Shown piece after piece: positions 25,334-34,824 of a stretch of 64,000 bases of DNA (the first letter of the stretch is position 1; every line of letters begins with the position of its first letter). Made by a program: the position numbers and the translations under genes. The stretch spans positions 104-64,103 of the forward strand of contig JAFUEZ010000008.1 of assembly GCA_017470115.1 (NCBI GenBank). The letters run 5' to 3'. The DNA is from Bacilli bacterium (GTDB taxonomy: Bacteria > Bacillota_I > Bacilli_A > RFN20 > CAG-826). The notes beneath the pieces were generated by a model that saw only the letters and a program-made list of their open reading frames with translations, was not told the DNA's origin and searched no databases.

Positions 25334-28300
25334 ATGAAAAATAACTTAATGAGAGGACTATTTGCTACCAGCCTTTTTGTTCTTGCGTTTTCACTTGTTG
25401 GCAATTTGTCTACTAATGCATATAGACAAGACGTAAATAGATTCTTAGGAACATCAAATTATAAAATCACTATTGATGGTGAAGTTAGTGGTGGCGATAT
25501 AGATAGTTTATATCCTTATAAATCCGATTATTCTTCAACGAAAGAATTAGTTCAAGCTTTCGCTGATGTTGGAGAAAGAATGGGTGAAGAAGGTACAGTT
25601 TTACTTAAAAATGAAAATAATTGTTTACCTTTAGATGCAAATCACAAGAAAGTAACCTTACTTGGTACAATTGCATATAATCCTTATCAAGGTGGACAAA
25701 TGGGATCTGGTTACCAAAAAAATGTTGGTACAGATGCCGATACAGTTTCTTTTGTTAACGCGTTAAAAGAAAGAGGTTTTGAAGTCAATAAAGATGTTCA
25801 AACAGTTTTTAAAGGCGGAAATCAACATGCTGCTCCAGCAGCTTCCTTGCAAGCACAATTTCAAAATAAAGAATTAAGCGTAAGTGAACTTGATAGTCGT
25901 AGCGCAAATTGGAAAGATTCATTTGCTAATTACAACACAGCAATTGTTGTTTTTGGCCGTAATGGTGGTGAAAATGCTTCATATTTACCTGGGCTTGATG
26001 GGGTAAGCGAAGCTGATAAAGCATTACATCAAAGTGATCCATTAGGATTAAACGATAATGAAAGAGATATTTTAAAAGTTGCTACAGACGCTAAAAAAGC
26101 AGGTAAATTTGATAAAGTCATCGTCATTTTAAACACTTCATCAACAATGGAAATTAAAGAAATTAAAGAAAATGAAGATGTTGATGCAATGATGATGGTT
26201 GGTGTACCTGGTGGATATGGCTTTAGAGGTGTTGTTGATGTCATGATGGGTGCTGATAATTTATCACCTTCTGGACATTTAACTGACACATTTGTAACAA
26301 AGAACTCACTTTCTCCAGCAGCTCAAAACTATTCATTATACAAATTTACAAATTACGATGAAATTAATGCTCAAGGCAGCGAATATGCTGGAAAATTAAT
26401 TAACTCATATTTAGTCGAGGCTGAAGGCATTTATACAGGCTATTATTACTATGAAACTAGATATGAAGATGCAGTTAGAAATAGAAATAATGCAGATTCA
26501 GTAAAAGGGTCAGTTAGTGGAGCTTGGAAATATGAAAACGAAGTTGTTTATCCATTTGGTTATGGGTTAAGTTATACAACATTTGAGCAAAAGCTTGATA
26601 GTGTTGAAGTTGATTTAGCTGCTAAAAAAGTTAGAGCTTCAATTACTGTTAAAAATACTGGATCATATTCAGGAAAGAGCGTTGCAGAATTATATGTTCA
26701 TGCACCTTATATCGATGGTGGATTAGAAAAAGCATCAATTAGACTTATTGATTTTGGAAAAACCAAATTACTTGCTCCAAATGAATCAGAAGTAGTCAAT
26801 TTAGAAGCTGATTTACAAGATGTAGCTACTTGGGATAGTAGTTGTGATAATGGAGATGGAACAAAAGGAAGCTACGTACTTGATGCAGGTAAATATTATT
26901 TTGCATTAGGAAATGGTGCTCATGAAGCTTTAAATAATGTTTTAGTTGCAGATGGAGTTGATTCTAGTTTATTAACTGGCTCATTTACTCCAAATTGTGT
27001 CCAATCTTATGTAGTTGACGCAAAAGATACAACATCTTTAAGAGAATCATTTAGTGGAACAAAACTAGAAAATCAACTTGAAGATGCAGATTTAAATTAT
27101 TATCAACCTGGAACAGTTACTGAACTTTCTAGATCAAATTGGGACCTTACTTTCCCTAAAACTTACGATAATATTGCAGCTGATGCAGAAATGTTAAAAG
27201 TTTTAAAAGGCGATATTACTGATATTAGTGTTGATGATGGCTGGCCAGAAGTTAAATGGGATCAAAAGAACGGACTTACACTTTTAGATTTAAAAGATGT
27301 ACCTTTTGAAGATCCTAGATGGGGTCAACTCATTGAGCAACTTTCATTTGATGAAGCACTTAAATTAGTTGCTTTTGGTGGAGTTGTTACTCAAGCAGTT
27401 GATTCGATTGGTTCGCCACAATTGCTTCAAAACGATGGTCCTAATGGCATCAATAATAACGCTTTAGGACATAATGTTGATGCATTTTCAACAATGCATG
27501 ATATAGATCCATATTATTTTGATAGTTCAGATAAGAATTTCTTATATAAAGGTGGATGTATGGCACTTGGTGTTACAATTGCTCAAACATTTAATAAAGA
27601 ATTATCTTATGAACAAGGAAAAATTTATGGTAACTACGCTATTTGGGCGCATGTTCCAATTCATTGGAGTTGTGGATTAAATACACATAGATCACCATAT
27701 AATGCAAGAAATCACGAATATTACTCTGAAGATGGAGTTTTAGGCGGATATCTTGGTGCAAATATGATTAGAGGTGGAAGAGAAAAGGGATTTATTATTT
27801 CTCCAAAACACTACGCATTTAATGATACTGAACTTAATAGAAGTGGTGTTGCTCCATTTATGAGTGAACAAAAAGCAAGACAAATCGAATTAAGAAGCTT
27901 CCAAATTGCTATTGAAAAAGGTGAAGCTCTTGGAATTATGACTTCAATGTCAAGAATTGGAGCAACTCCAATTAATGCTCATGAAGGAGTCATGTATAAC
28001 GTTTTAAGAAAAGAATGGGGCTTCCATGGATTAAACAGTACAGATGCTGCATCAAATAAATATTATTTCTCAGCAAAAGAATGTGCTATTAACTGTGTCA
28101 CCATGACTACACAAAACAAAGTAGATTATTCAAATGGTTGGGAATATTTCCATCCTGAGAACTTATCAAAAGCTAAAAAATTACAAGCAAGACTTCAAGA
28201 AGGTATGAAATGTCAATATTATGCAGCTGTTCATTCAAATGCTATCAATGGTTATAGTAAAAATATGAAAGTTGAAAAGATAATGACTTGGTATGATATG

Positions 28301-28393
28301 GCATTTATTGGAATTGATATTGGAGCTGGTTTAGCAGCTTTAGCAGCAGGATTCTTCTTTGTTAAAGGCGTGCTTGCCAAAAAAGAAGGTTAA
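25334..28393 (+). CDS. Glycoside hydrolase family 3, domain-permuted, C-terminal membrane anchor (1019 aa; paralog of 17712 gene)
   Basis: Signal peptide. TVLLKNENNCLPL and FGYGLSYTTF in the N-terminal half. KHYAFND and GFHGLNSTDAAS in the C-terminal half. Hydrophobic C-terminus IGIDIGAGLAALAAGFFFV. Confidence 0.8.
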   Translation: MKNNLMRGLFATSLFVLAFSLVGNLSTNAYRQDVNRFLGTSNYKITIDGEVSGGDIDSLYPYKSDYSSTKELVQAFADVGERMGEEGTVLLKNENNCLPLDANHKKVTLLGTIAYNPYQGGQMGSGYQKNVGTDADTVSFVNALKERGFEVNKDVQTVFKGGNQHAAPAASLQAQFQNKELSVSELDSRSANWKDSFANYNTAIVVFGRNGGENASYLPGLDGVSEADKALHQSDPLGLNDNERDILKVATDAKKAGKFDKVIVILNTSSTMEIKEIKENEDVDAMMMVGVPGGYGFRGVVDVMMGADNLSPSGHLTDTFVTKNSLSPAAQNYSLYKFTNYDEINAQGSEYAGKLINSYLVEAEGIYTGYYYYETRYEDAVRNRNNADSVKGSVSGAWKYENEVVYPFGYGLSYTTFEQKLDSVEVDLAAKKVRASITVKNTGSYSGKSVAELYVHAPYIDGGLEKASIRLIDFGKTKLLAPNESEVVNLEADLQDVATWDSSCDNGDGTKGSYVLDAGKYYFALGNGAHEALNNVLVADGVDSSLLTGSFTPNCVQSYVVDAKDTTSLRESFSGTKLENQLEDADLNYYQPGTVTELSRSNWDLTFPKTYDNIAADAEMLKVLKGDITDISVDDGWPEVKWDQKNGLTLLDLKDVPFEDPRWGQLIEQLSFDEALKLVAFGGVVTQAVDSIGSPQLLQNDGPNGINNNALGHNVDAFSTMHDIDPYYFDSSDKNFLYKGGCMALGVTIAQTFNKELSYEQGKIYGNYAIWAHVPIHWSCGLNTHRSPYNARNHEYYSEDGVLGGYLGANMIRGGREKGFIISPKHYAFNDTELNRSGVAPFMSEQKARQIELRSFQIAIEKGEALGIMTSMSRIGATPINAHEGVMYNVLRKEWGFHGLNSTDAASNKYYFSAKECAINCVTMTTQNKVDYSNGWEYFHPENLSKAKKLQARLQEGMKCQYYAAVHSNAINGYSKNMKVEKIMTWYDMAFIGIDIGAGLAALAAGFFFVKGVLAKKEG

Positions 28394-28408
28394 GAGGAGG
28401 TAAAAGTT

Positions 28409-28867
28409 ATGAAAAAATTATTAGCTAGTCTTAACGTTCAAACTTGTTTGTTATTATCAACTTTTGTTTTCACTTTGGTCGCTCTTGTTTCTTATATTAT
28501 TAATATAAGCACAGAGTATTTCCAAGCGTATGCACCTTCAGGAGCTTATTTTGCCTTTTTAATCTTAAGTCTTGTTTTTGCAGCAGGATTTATCGTATTA
28601 AAAATATTAAAAGAAAATAAGATCTTCAAAATTGCTGAAAATGTTATTCTTGCAGTTTTACCAGGCTTATTAATGGCAGCTGTTATGTTTCTTTTCCTTG
28701 ATAGAATCTATTATGTTTTAGTTATCTTTACTTATGAAAAGAATGAGACAAATATGGCCGCTCTTATGCCAGCTTTAGTTTCGTTTGCTGCTGCAGCTTT
28801 AGCGTCCATTATTGCTTTAGCAAGTTCATTTATGAAGGATAAAGAAATAGGACAAGTTAAAGAATAA
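28409..28867 (+). CDS. Small polytopic membrane protein co-encoded with GH3 (152 aa)
   Basis: Four hydrophobic helices. RBS AGAGGAGG. Positional counterpart of the 20694 gene. Confidence 0.55.
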   Translation: MKKLLASLNVQTCLLLSTFVFTLVALVSYIINISTEYFQAYAPSGAYFAFLILSLVFAAGFIVLKILKENKIFKIAENVILAVLPGLLMAAVMFLFLDRIYYVLVIFTYEKNETNMAALMPALVSFAAAALASIIALASSFMKDKEIGQVKE

Positions 28868-28894
28868 CGAATTATTGAACAAAAAATTTCACTA

Positions 28895-28921
28895 AAAACC
28901 CTGTTTTTGCAGGGTTTTTTC
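28895..28921 (+). terminator. Intrinsic terminator
   Basis: AAAACCCTG-tttttg-CAGGGTTTT followed by a T-run. Confidence 0.8.
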
Positions 28922-28955
28922 TTGAAATAATATATTTTTCGTTCATAATGATTAT

Positions 28956-29471
28956 ATGGATAAATTTTATAGATTAGCAAAATTAGAAGATATTGATGAA
29001 ATAATGAAGGCTGTTGAAGACTCTCGAGAAATCTTAAGGCTACAAGGAAATGGCCAATGACAATTTGGTTATCCTAATAAGGAAGATTTTCTTAATGATA
29101 TTAAAAATGAGAATCTATATGTCGTGTTAGATAAAAACGATGAGACTAAAATCGCAGGAGTTTGTGCTTTAACATACTATGAAGAAGATTATCATCATCT
29201 TTATGAAGGAGCTTGGTTAACTGATTTAGATTATATGGTGATGCATAGAGTTGCTCTTAAAAAAGAATACGCTCATCAAGGGTATGGCGATTTGATTTTC
29301 AAGTCATTTATCGATGTAGCCAAGTCTAAAGGATATCTTTCCTTGCGTATTGATACGCATGAAGGCAACCAAATAATGAGGCATTTAATTATTAAAAATG
29401 GTTTTAAATACTGTGGAAGAGTGATTTTGCCACCAAATAAAGACAGAATGGTATTTGAAAAAGTGATTTAA
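28956..29471 (+). pseudogene. GNAT-family N-acetyltransferase disrupted by an in-frame TGA at a conserved Trp position
   Basis: Translation from the ATG at 28956 gives MDKFYRLAKLEDIDEIMKAVEDSREILRLQGNGQ, then TGA at 29058-29060, then QFGYPNKEDF... in the same frame. The frame continues into the 29124-29471 ORF, which has the GNAT acetyl-CoA motifs QGYGDLIF. The expected reading is GQWQFGYP. Confidence 0.6.
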
Positions 29472-29483
29472 TATATATTAGGT

Positions 29484-30335
29484 ATGAAAAATAAGCCACA
29501 AGAATATTTTGATCCTAAACCAACTAAGTATCCATTTCCTGAACAAACTGATCAACATTATTTAAAAGTCAAAAAGGATAATGGTTTAGTTTTTGATGAA
29601 AAATATCCTTATATTGATAGATCAAAGCGGTTTCGCTTTCAAGATAAATTCGTTAGATTCCTTTTATATTTTGTAGGATTTTTGATTGCTAAAATTGCTT
29701 TAGGATTAAAAGTTAAAGGCAAAAAATATATTAAGGAACATAAAAAAGAACTAAAAAAAGGAGTTGTTTCTGTTTCAAATCATATAAATTTATTCGATTA
29801 TATGGCTATTTTATATATTGCTAAACCAATAAAACCAAGAACTCTTGTTTGGGCAAAAAACATTAAGGGTGAAAATAGTTGGTTTATCCGTCACGTTGGT
29901 GGAATTCCTATCCCAGAAGATAATTTGAAGGGTGGATTATGCTATTATAAAGTTGTAAATGAATTTCTAGCTAAAGAAAATGGATGGCTACATATTTATG
30001 CTGAAGGCAGTATGTGGGAATATTATAGACCTATTAGACCATTTAAACGTGGCGCTGCATTTTTTGCAGTTAAAAATAATAAACCAATATTACCAATTGC
30101 TTTTACATATAGAAAATGTGGATGGTTAAGGAGATTTTTATTTAAAACAAATGCTAGTGTTACTTTAAATATAGGAGAATTAGTTTATCCAAATTTAGAA
30201 TTAGACGAAAAAGAAGCAATAAAAGATTTAACTATTAGAGCTCATGATGAGGTATGTAAACTTGCTGGCTTTAAGCCAGGTGAAAATATATATAATCCAA
30301 TATTTAATAATGATAAAAAGATTAATTATTATTGA
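29484..30335 (+). CDS. Lysophospholipid (1-acyl-sn-glycerol-3-phosphate) acyltransferase family protein
   Basis: NHxxxxD motif VSNHINLFD. YAEGSMWEY block. One N-terminal transmembrane segment. Confidence 0.65.
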   Translation: MKNKPQEYFDPKPTKYPFPEQTDQHYLKVKKDNGLVFDEKYPYIDRSKRFRFQDKFVRFLLYFVGFLIAKIALGLKVKGKKYIKEHKKELKKGVVSVSNHINLFDYMAILYIAKPIKPRTLVWAKNIKGENSWFIRHVGGIPIPEDNLKGGLCYYKVVNEFLAKENGWLHIYAEGSMWEYYRPIRPFKRGAAFFAVKNNKPILPIAFTYRKCGWLRRFLFKTNASVTLNIGELVYPNLELDEKEAIKDLTIRAHDEVCKLAGFKPGENIYNPIFNNDKKINYY

Positions 30336-30886
30336 GCAATAAATGATTCAATAAAATAAGTGGCGATATCTTCTGGTGTTTCTTTGAAGTCGTTTTCAAT
30401 CCGATATTTTAAGATAACAATGAAGTTTTCTATAACAATAGCTTCTTTTAAATTTAAAGGAATGTTGTTTTTATAAGGATAATTTGAAAAATAAGATTCA
30501 ACAAATATTTTTATCTTTTTTCTAAATTCATTTAAAAATAAATCCATTCCATTAGATTTAAAGATACCTTTAAATAATGATTTTTCATCAAGAACATGAT
30601 AGAAAAAATGTGTAACTAAATGTCTATAATTAAAAATTTTATCTTTTGAGAAGTCGTGTGTTTTTTCTTCTTCAAGAGTATGAGAGAAGATGTGTTCAAA
30701 TATGTGATTAGATATGTTAAGTAGAAGTTCATCTTTTGTTTTATAGTGAGAATAAAATGTTGATCTGCTGATTTTTGCATTATCAAGAATTTCTTGAATT
30801 GTAATTTCTGCATAATCCTTTTCACTAATAAGTTTAGTAAAAGCTTTATGAATTGCTTGCAATGTTTTTTCTTCTCTTTTATCCAT
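30329..30886 (-). CDS. TetR/AcrR-family transcriptional regulator
   Basis: HTH AEITIQEILDNAKISRSTFYSHYKTKDEL. The start is trimmed to the ATG at 30884-30886 (MDKREEK), which has GGAG 9 nt upstream. Confidence 0.75.
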   Translation of the reverse strand: MDKREEKTLQAIHKAFTKLISEKDYAEITIQEILDNAKISRSTFYSHYKTKDELLLNISNHIFEHIFSHTLEEEKTHDFSKDKIFNYRHLVTHFFYHVLDEKSLFKGIFKSNGMDLFLNEFRKKIKIFVESYFSNYPYKNNIPLNLKEAIVIENFIVILKYRIENDFKETPEDIATYFIESFIAQ

Positions 30887-31050
30887 AATATACTCCATGT
30901 TTGATATTTCTTTAATTATATTAATTTTATCAAACAGTATGTTTTTTATCAAAAGATATCGAACAAATATTACAAAAATATTTGATAATTCATTTGTTTA
31001 TTGTGCTTTTATTTAATAAAATAAATATAACTTACAAAGGAGAAAATAAT

Positions 31051-31470
31051 ATGGGATGTTTTGTAGTTTCTACAGTTGCTGCCCTTGGTGTTGCTGCAGC
31101 TAAATACGTTGTTAGACATAACGAAAAGAAAAAAGCGCTTCAAGTAGAAGTTGAACCAAAAGAATATAAATTTGGTAGCGAAACAAAAATGAGTAAGAGA
31201 TTAGGCTATCTTGAAATGATGCTTTGGGGAGGATCATTCCTTTTAGCAGGTGAACATTTATTACATGGAGAAGTTAGCTTAACATGGCCATTTTTAACAG
31301 CAGTTACTGAAGGGCCAGAAGCTGTAAGTGAAATGTTAACTGAGATGGGGACAGTTGGTGTAGCAATGTTTGGTGCAATTGTTGTTGCATGGGCTGTTGC
31401 TATGTTTGTTGTTGATTTTATTAAATTTAGAAAACATAAAGAAAACAAAGTTGTCTCAGAGGTTAAATAA
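31051..31470 (+). CDS. Membrane protein of unknown function (140 aa)
   Basis: The start at MGCFVV has RBS AAAGGAGAA. Three hydrophobic helices. Divergent from the TetR gene. Confidence 0.5.
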   Translation: MGCFVVSTVAALGVAAAKYVVRHNEKKKALQVEVEPKEYKFGSETKMSKRLGYLEMMLWGGSFLLAGEHLLHGEVSLTWPFLTAVTEGPEAVSEMLTEMGTVGVAMFGAIVVAWAVAMFVVDFIKFRKHKENKVVSEVK

Positions 31471-31760
31471 TGTATTTTATCACTGCAGTTGCTTTAACTC
31501 TTGTTGCAACGTTGCTCTGGTTTATTTTTAGAAAGAAAAAAATATTACATTTTAATTATTTAACAATGATTTTTGGTGCCGCTAGTTTAATGTGGCTCAT
31601 AGATGTGATATTTAGTGCTGCAAAGGGAGAAGAACCATTTGGATTTGAAGCTCTTGATCGGTGGATTTCATTATGGACTTTACTTGCTGGATTTGCTTTA
31701 TGGGGAATTATTGTGTTAATTCTTTATAGATTAGAAAAGAAAGAAGTTGAGTCAAATTAA
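31470..31760 (+). CDS. Small membrane protein (96 aa)
   Basis: Three transmembrane helices. The start overlaps the upstream stop. Confidence 0.5.
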   Translation: MYFITAVALTLVATLLWFIFRKKKILHFNYLTMIFGAASLMWLIDVIFSAAKGEEPFGFEALDRWISLWTLLAGFALWGIIVLILYRLEKKEVESN

Positions 31761-31781
31761 TAAAAATTTTTATAAATAATT

Positions 31782-31810
31782 GCTCTTGCATCTGTAAGAG
31801 CTTTTATTTT
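31782..31810 (+). terminator. Intrinsic terminator
   Basis: GCTCTT-gcatctgt-AAGAGC followed by TTTTATTTT. Confidence 0.7.
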
Positions 31811-32105
31811 ATCCAAAATCATTTATTGAAAAAATATTCAAATTTTGCAAGGTTTTTTGTTTAAATCCATTGTAAATTGTAGTAAAATAAAGTCAATAGA
31901 GAATAAAGCAAAATTATTATATGCATCTAAATAAGCCTAACGACTATATTTGAAATTAATATTCTTTTAATGCCCTCTATAAGTCAAAGAGTTTATAATA
32001 AGATACGGTAATAAAAGAAAAGGTGAGCAATCAATTAATTGATTGGAGAAATTATTAGTTATTAAAATTCTTAGCCTATTTCTTTATAAATAAAAGGAGA
32101 GGAAA

Positions 32106-33206
32106 ATGAAAAAATCAAAAATTTTAGTTGCCATTGGTGGCGCTAGCATGATTCTTGCAGGATCATTAGTTGCATGTGGAAGTAACAGTGCTGAAATCGC
32201 TGTTGTTACTGATGTTGGATTATTAATGGATGGTGGATTCAACCAAGGTACATACGAAGGTGCTGAAGCATATGCAAAAGAAAACAATAAAACATATAAG
32301 TACTATCAACCAGCAAATGGTAGTGATGCCACAGATGCTGATAGAGAAGCTGCTATGAGATTAGCTGTCAAGAATGGTGCAAAAGTTATTGTTGCTCCTG
32401 GTTTCTTACAACAAGCAGCTATGGAAAAAGTTGCAAAAGAAAGCCCAGATGTTAAATTTGTTTTCGTCGATGGTTGGAATTTTGGATTAAGCAACGTTAC
32501 AGCTATTTCATATAAAGAACAAGAATCAGGCTTTATGGCTGGTTATGCTGTTGTTAAAGAAGGCTATACAAAATTAGGTGGTACATTCGGTGGTGCAGGA
32601 AGTAACCCAGCATGTAACAGATTCGCTTATGGTTTTGTTCAAGGTGCTAATGCAGCAGCTTCAACTATGAGCAAAAATGTCGATGTTAAAATTAGCTTCC
32701 AATATGGCGCAACATTTGGTGCTTCAAACGAATTAAAGACACAAATGTCAGGCTGGTACAGTGCAGGTACAGAAGTTGTCTTCGCTTGTGGTGGTTCAAT
32801 GGTTAATAGTGTCATTTCAGCCGCTGAAGGAACAACAAATGGTAAAGTTGTTGGTGTCGACGTCGACCAATCAAATCTCTCACAAAGAGTTATTACATCA
32901 GCAGTTAAAGGCTTAGCAGCATCAGTTAAACAAGTTTTAGGTCAATTCTATGCAAATGAATGGGATAGCAAACTTGCTGATAAAACACAAAATTTAGGCG
33001 CTAAAGAAAACGCAACTGGTTTACCAACAGCTGAAAAGAGCTGGAGATTCTCTACTTTCACAAAAGAAGAATACACCACATTATTTAATTCAATCGCAGC
33101 TGGTACAACTCCAATCCTTAGTGATCTTCCAGCAGATTGTAACTCATCAGCTGTTTGGGCAGGATTTGATCTTGCTTTAACAAATACAACAATTAGTTTT
33201 GAATAA
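32106..33206 (+). CDS. BMP-family (PnrA/TmpC/Med-like) nucleoside-binding lipoprotein, substrate-binding protein of ABC transporter
   Basis: Lipobox LVACGS. BMP signature AVVTDVGLLMDGGFNQGTYEGA. RBS AAAGGAGAGG. Confidence 0.85.
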   Translation: MKKSKILVAIGGASMILAGSLVACGSNSAEIAVVTDVGLLMDGGFNQGTYEGAEAYAKENNKTYKYYQPANGSDATDADREAAMRLAVKNGAKVIVAPGFLQQAAMEKVAKESPDVKFVFVDGWNFGLSNVTAISYKEQESGFMAGYAVVKEGYTKLGGTFGGAGSNPACNRFAYGFVQGANAAASTMSKNVDVKISFQYGATFGASNELKTQMSGWYSAGTEVVFACGGSMVNSVISAAEGTTNGKVVGVDVDQSNLSQRVITSAVKGLAASVKQVLGQFYANEWDSKLADKTQNLGAKENATGLPTAEKSWRFSTFTKEEYTTLFNSIAAGTTPILSDLPADCNSSAVWAGFDLALTNTTISFE

Positions 33207-33224
33207 AAACTAACTTTAAAATTT

Positions 33225-33250
33225 ATATGTCCCCCTATTTTGGGGGACAT
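33225..33250 (+). terminator. Hairpin (attenuator or partial terminator) between SBP and ATPase genes
   Basis: ATGTCCCCC-tatttt-GGGGGACAT followed by ATTTT. Confidence 0.5.
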
Positions 33251-33267
33251 ATTTTAGAGGAAATAGT

Positions 33268-34821
33268 GTGAGCGAAAATTACATCATCGAAATGCGCAAT
33301 ATTCGTAAGGAATTTCCTGGAATTATTGCTAACGATAATATAACTTTAGGTCTTAAAAAAGGCGAAATTCATGCTTTACTTGGTGAAAACGGAGCAGGAA
33401 AATCGACTTTAATGAGCATATTGTTTGGACTATATCAACCTGATCAAGGTTCTATTTTTTATAATGGAAAAGAAGTCAAAATTAGAAATCCAAATGATGC
33501 AACAGCTTTGAAAATTGGTATGGTTCATCAACATTTTAAGTTAGTTGAAGTTTTTACCGTTCTTGACAATATCATTTTAGGCGCTGAAGACAGCAAATTT
33601 GGTTTTGTAACTAAAAAAGCTGCAAGAAAAAAAGTTGAAGATCTAATGGAGAGATATCACTTACACGTTGACTTAGATAAAAGGATAGATGAAATTTCAG
33701 TGGGTATGCAGCAACGTACTGAAATTTTAAAAATGCTCTATCGTGATTGTGAAATTTTAATTTTTGATGAGCCTACTGCAGTTTTAACTCCTCAAGAAAT
33801 TGATGAATTGATAAAAATTATTAAAAACATGGCTAAAGAAGGCAAGTCAATTCTATTTATTTCACATAAATTAAATGAAATTATGAGTGTTTCTGATGTA
33901 TGCACTGTTTTACGTAAAGGTAAATACATAGGAACAATTAAAACTTCTGAAACAACCACAACTGAACTTGCAAAAATGATGGTTGGACGTAATGTTTCTT
34001 TTAAAGTTGATAAAACAAAAGCTAACCCAAAAGAAGTAATTTTTAAAGTTAAAAATCTATGTGTGTTAGATAAAACAACCAAGAAAAATGTCGTCAATAA
34101 CGTTAGTTTTGAAGTTAGAAAAGGTGAAATCGTCGCAATTGCTGGAATCGATGGAAATGGTCAAAGTGAACTTGTAAAAGCAATCACTGGATTAGATCAT
34201 TCAACAAGTGGAACCATTGAATTTAATGGTGTTGATATCACTAAAAAATCAATAAAAGAAAGAATTGAATTAGGAATGAGTCATATTCCTGAAGATAGAC
34301 ATAAACATGGTTTAGTTTTAGATTTTAATCTTTCTGAAAATTTTGTTATTCAAAGATATAGAAATAACGAATTTTCGAAATTAAGAAGAATTTTTATTAA
34401 TTTTGCAGCAAGAGATAAATATGCTGAAAGATTAATTGATGAATATGATGTTAGATCTGCTGAAGGTATAAGCACGGTTACGAGATCTATGAGTGGTGGA
34501 AACCAACAAAAAGCTATTGTTGCTCGTGAACTTGATAGACCTCACAATTTCTTACTTGCTGTTCAACCAACTCGTGGATTAGATGTTGGTGCAATTGAAT
34601 CAATACATAAAAAGATTATTAAAGATAGAGATAATGGCTACGGAGTCCTTCTCGTATCTTTAGAATTAGATGAAGTTTTAAATTTAGCCGATACAATTTA
34701 TGTCATTTATGATGGTGAATTGGTTGGTAAATTTGAAAACGATAACATTGCTCCTGAAGAATTAGGTCTTTATATGGCTGGTGGCAAACGTATGGATTTA
34801 GAAGAAAACAAGGAGGAATAA
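33268..34821 (+). CDS. Nucleoside/sugar ABC transporter ATP-binding protein with duplicated ATPase domains (NupA/RnsB-like)
   Basis: GTG start with AGAGG upstream. Two Walker A motifs (GENGAGKST, GIDGNGQSE). Two signature and Walker B regions. 517 aa. Confidence 0.85.
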   Translation: MSENYIIEMRNIRKEFPGIIANDNITLGLKKGEIHALLGENGAGKSTLMSILFGLYQPDQGSIFYNGKEVKIRNPNDATALKIGMVHQHFKLVEVFTVLDNIILGAEDSKFGFVTKKAARKKVEDLMERYHLHVDLDKRIDEISVGMQQRTEILKMLYRDCEILIFDEPTAVLTPQEIDELIKIIKNMAKEGKSILFISHKLNEIMSVSDVCTVLRKGKYIGTIKTSETTTTELAKMMVGRNVSFKVDKTKANPKEVIFKVKNLCVLDKTTKKNVVNNVSFEVRKGEIVAIAGIDGNGQSELVKAITGLDHSTSGTIEFNGVDITKKSIKERIELGMSHIPEDRHKHGLVLDFNLSENFVIQRYRNNEFSKLRRIFINFAARDKYAERLIDEYDVRSAEGISTVTRSMSGGNQQKAIVARELDRPHNFLLAVQPTRGLDVGAIESIHKKIIKDRDNGYGVLLVSLELDEVLNLADTIYVIYDGELVGKFENDNIAPEELGLYMAGGKRMDLEENKEE

Positions 34822-34824
34822 AAG

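Noticed and set aside
28732-28980. 82-aa minus-strand ORF across the 3' end of the small membrane protein gene and the terminator
   Set aside because: It is antisense to a supported gene and crosses a terminator hairpin, with no SD.
29058-29060. In-frame TGA read as Trp, implying translation table 4 (Mycoplasma/Spiroplasma code)
   Set aside because: Very long ORFs (up to 1019 aa) are intact under the standard code. Trp is encoded by TGG in conserved positions (for example WAGFDNF, PWW). Several genes terminate at TGA (for example 7548-7550), so a local nonsense mutation or read error is the simpler explanation.
31890-32105. Possible preQ1-I or purine riboswitch in the 345-nt leader of the BMP nucleoside-binding lipoprotein gene (CCCTCTATAAG resembles the preQ1-I tail)
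   Set aside because: No upstream AGAGG arm to form P1. No purine-riboswitch core motifs (UAUA...GGAU...CCGUAAAU). The resemblance is limited to an 11-mer.
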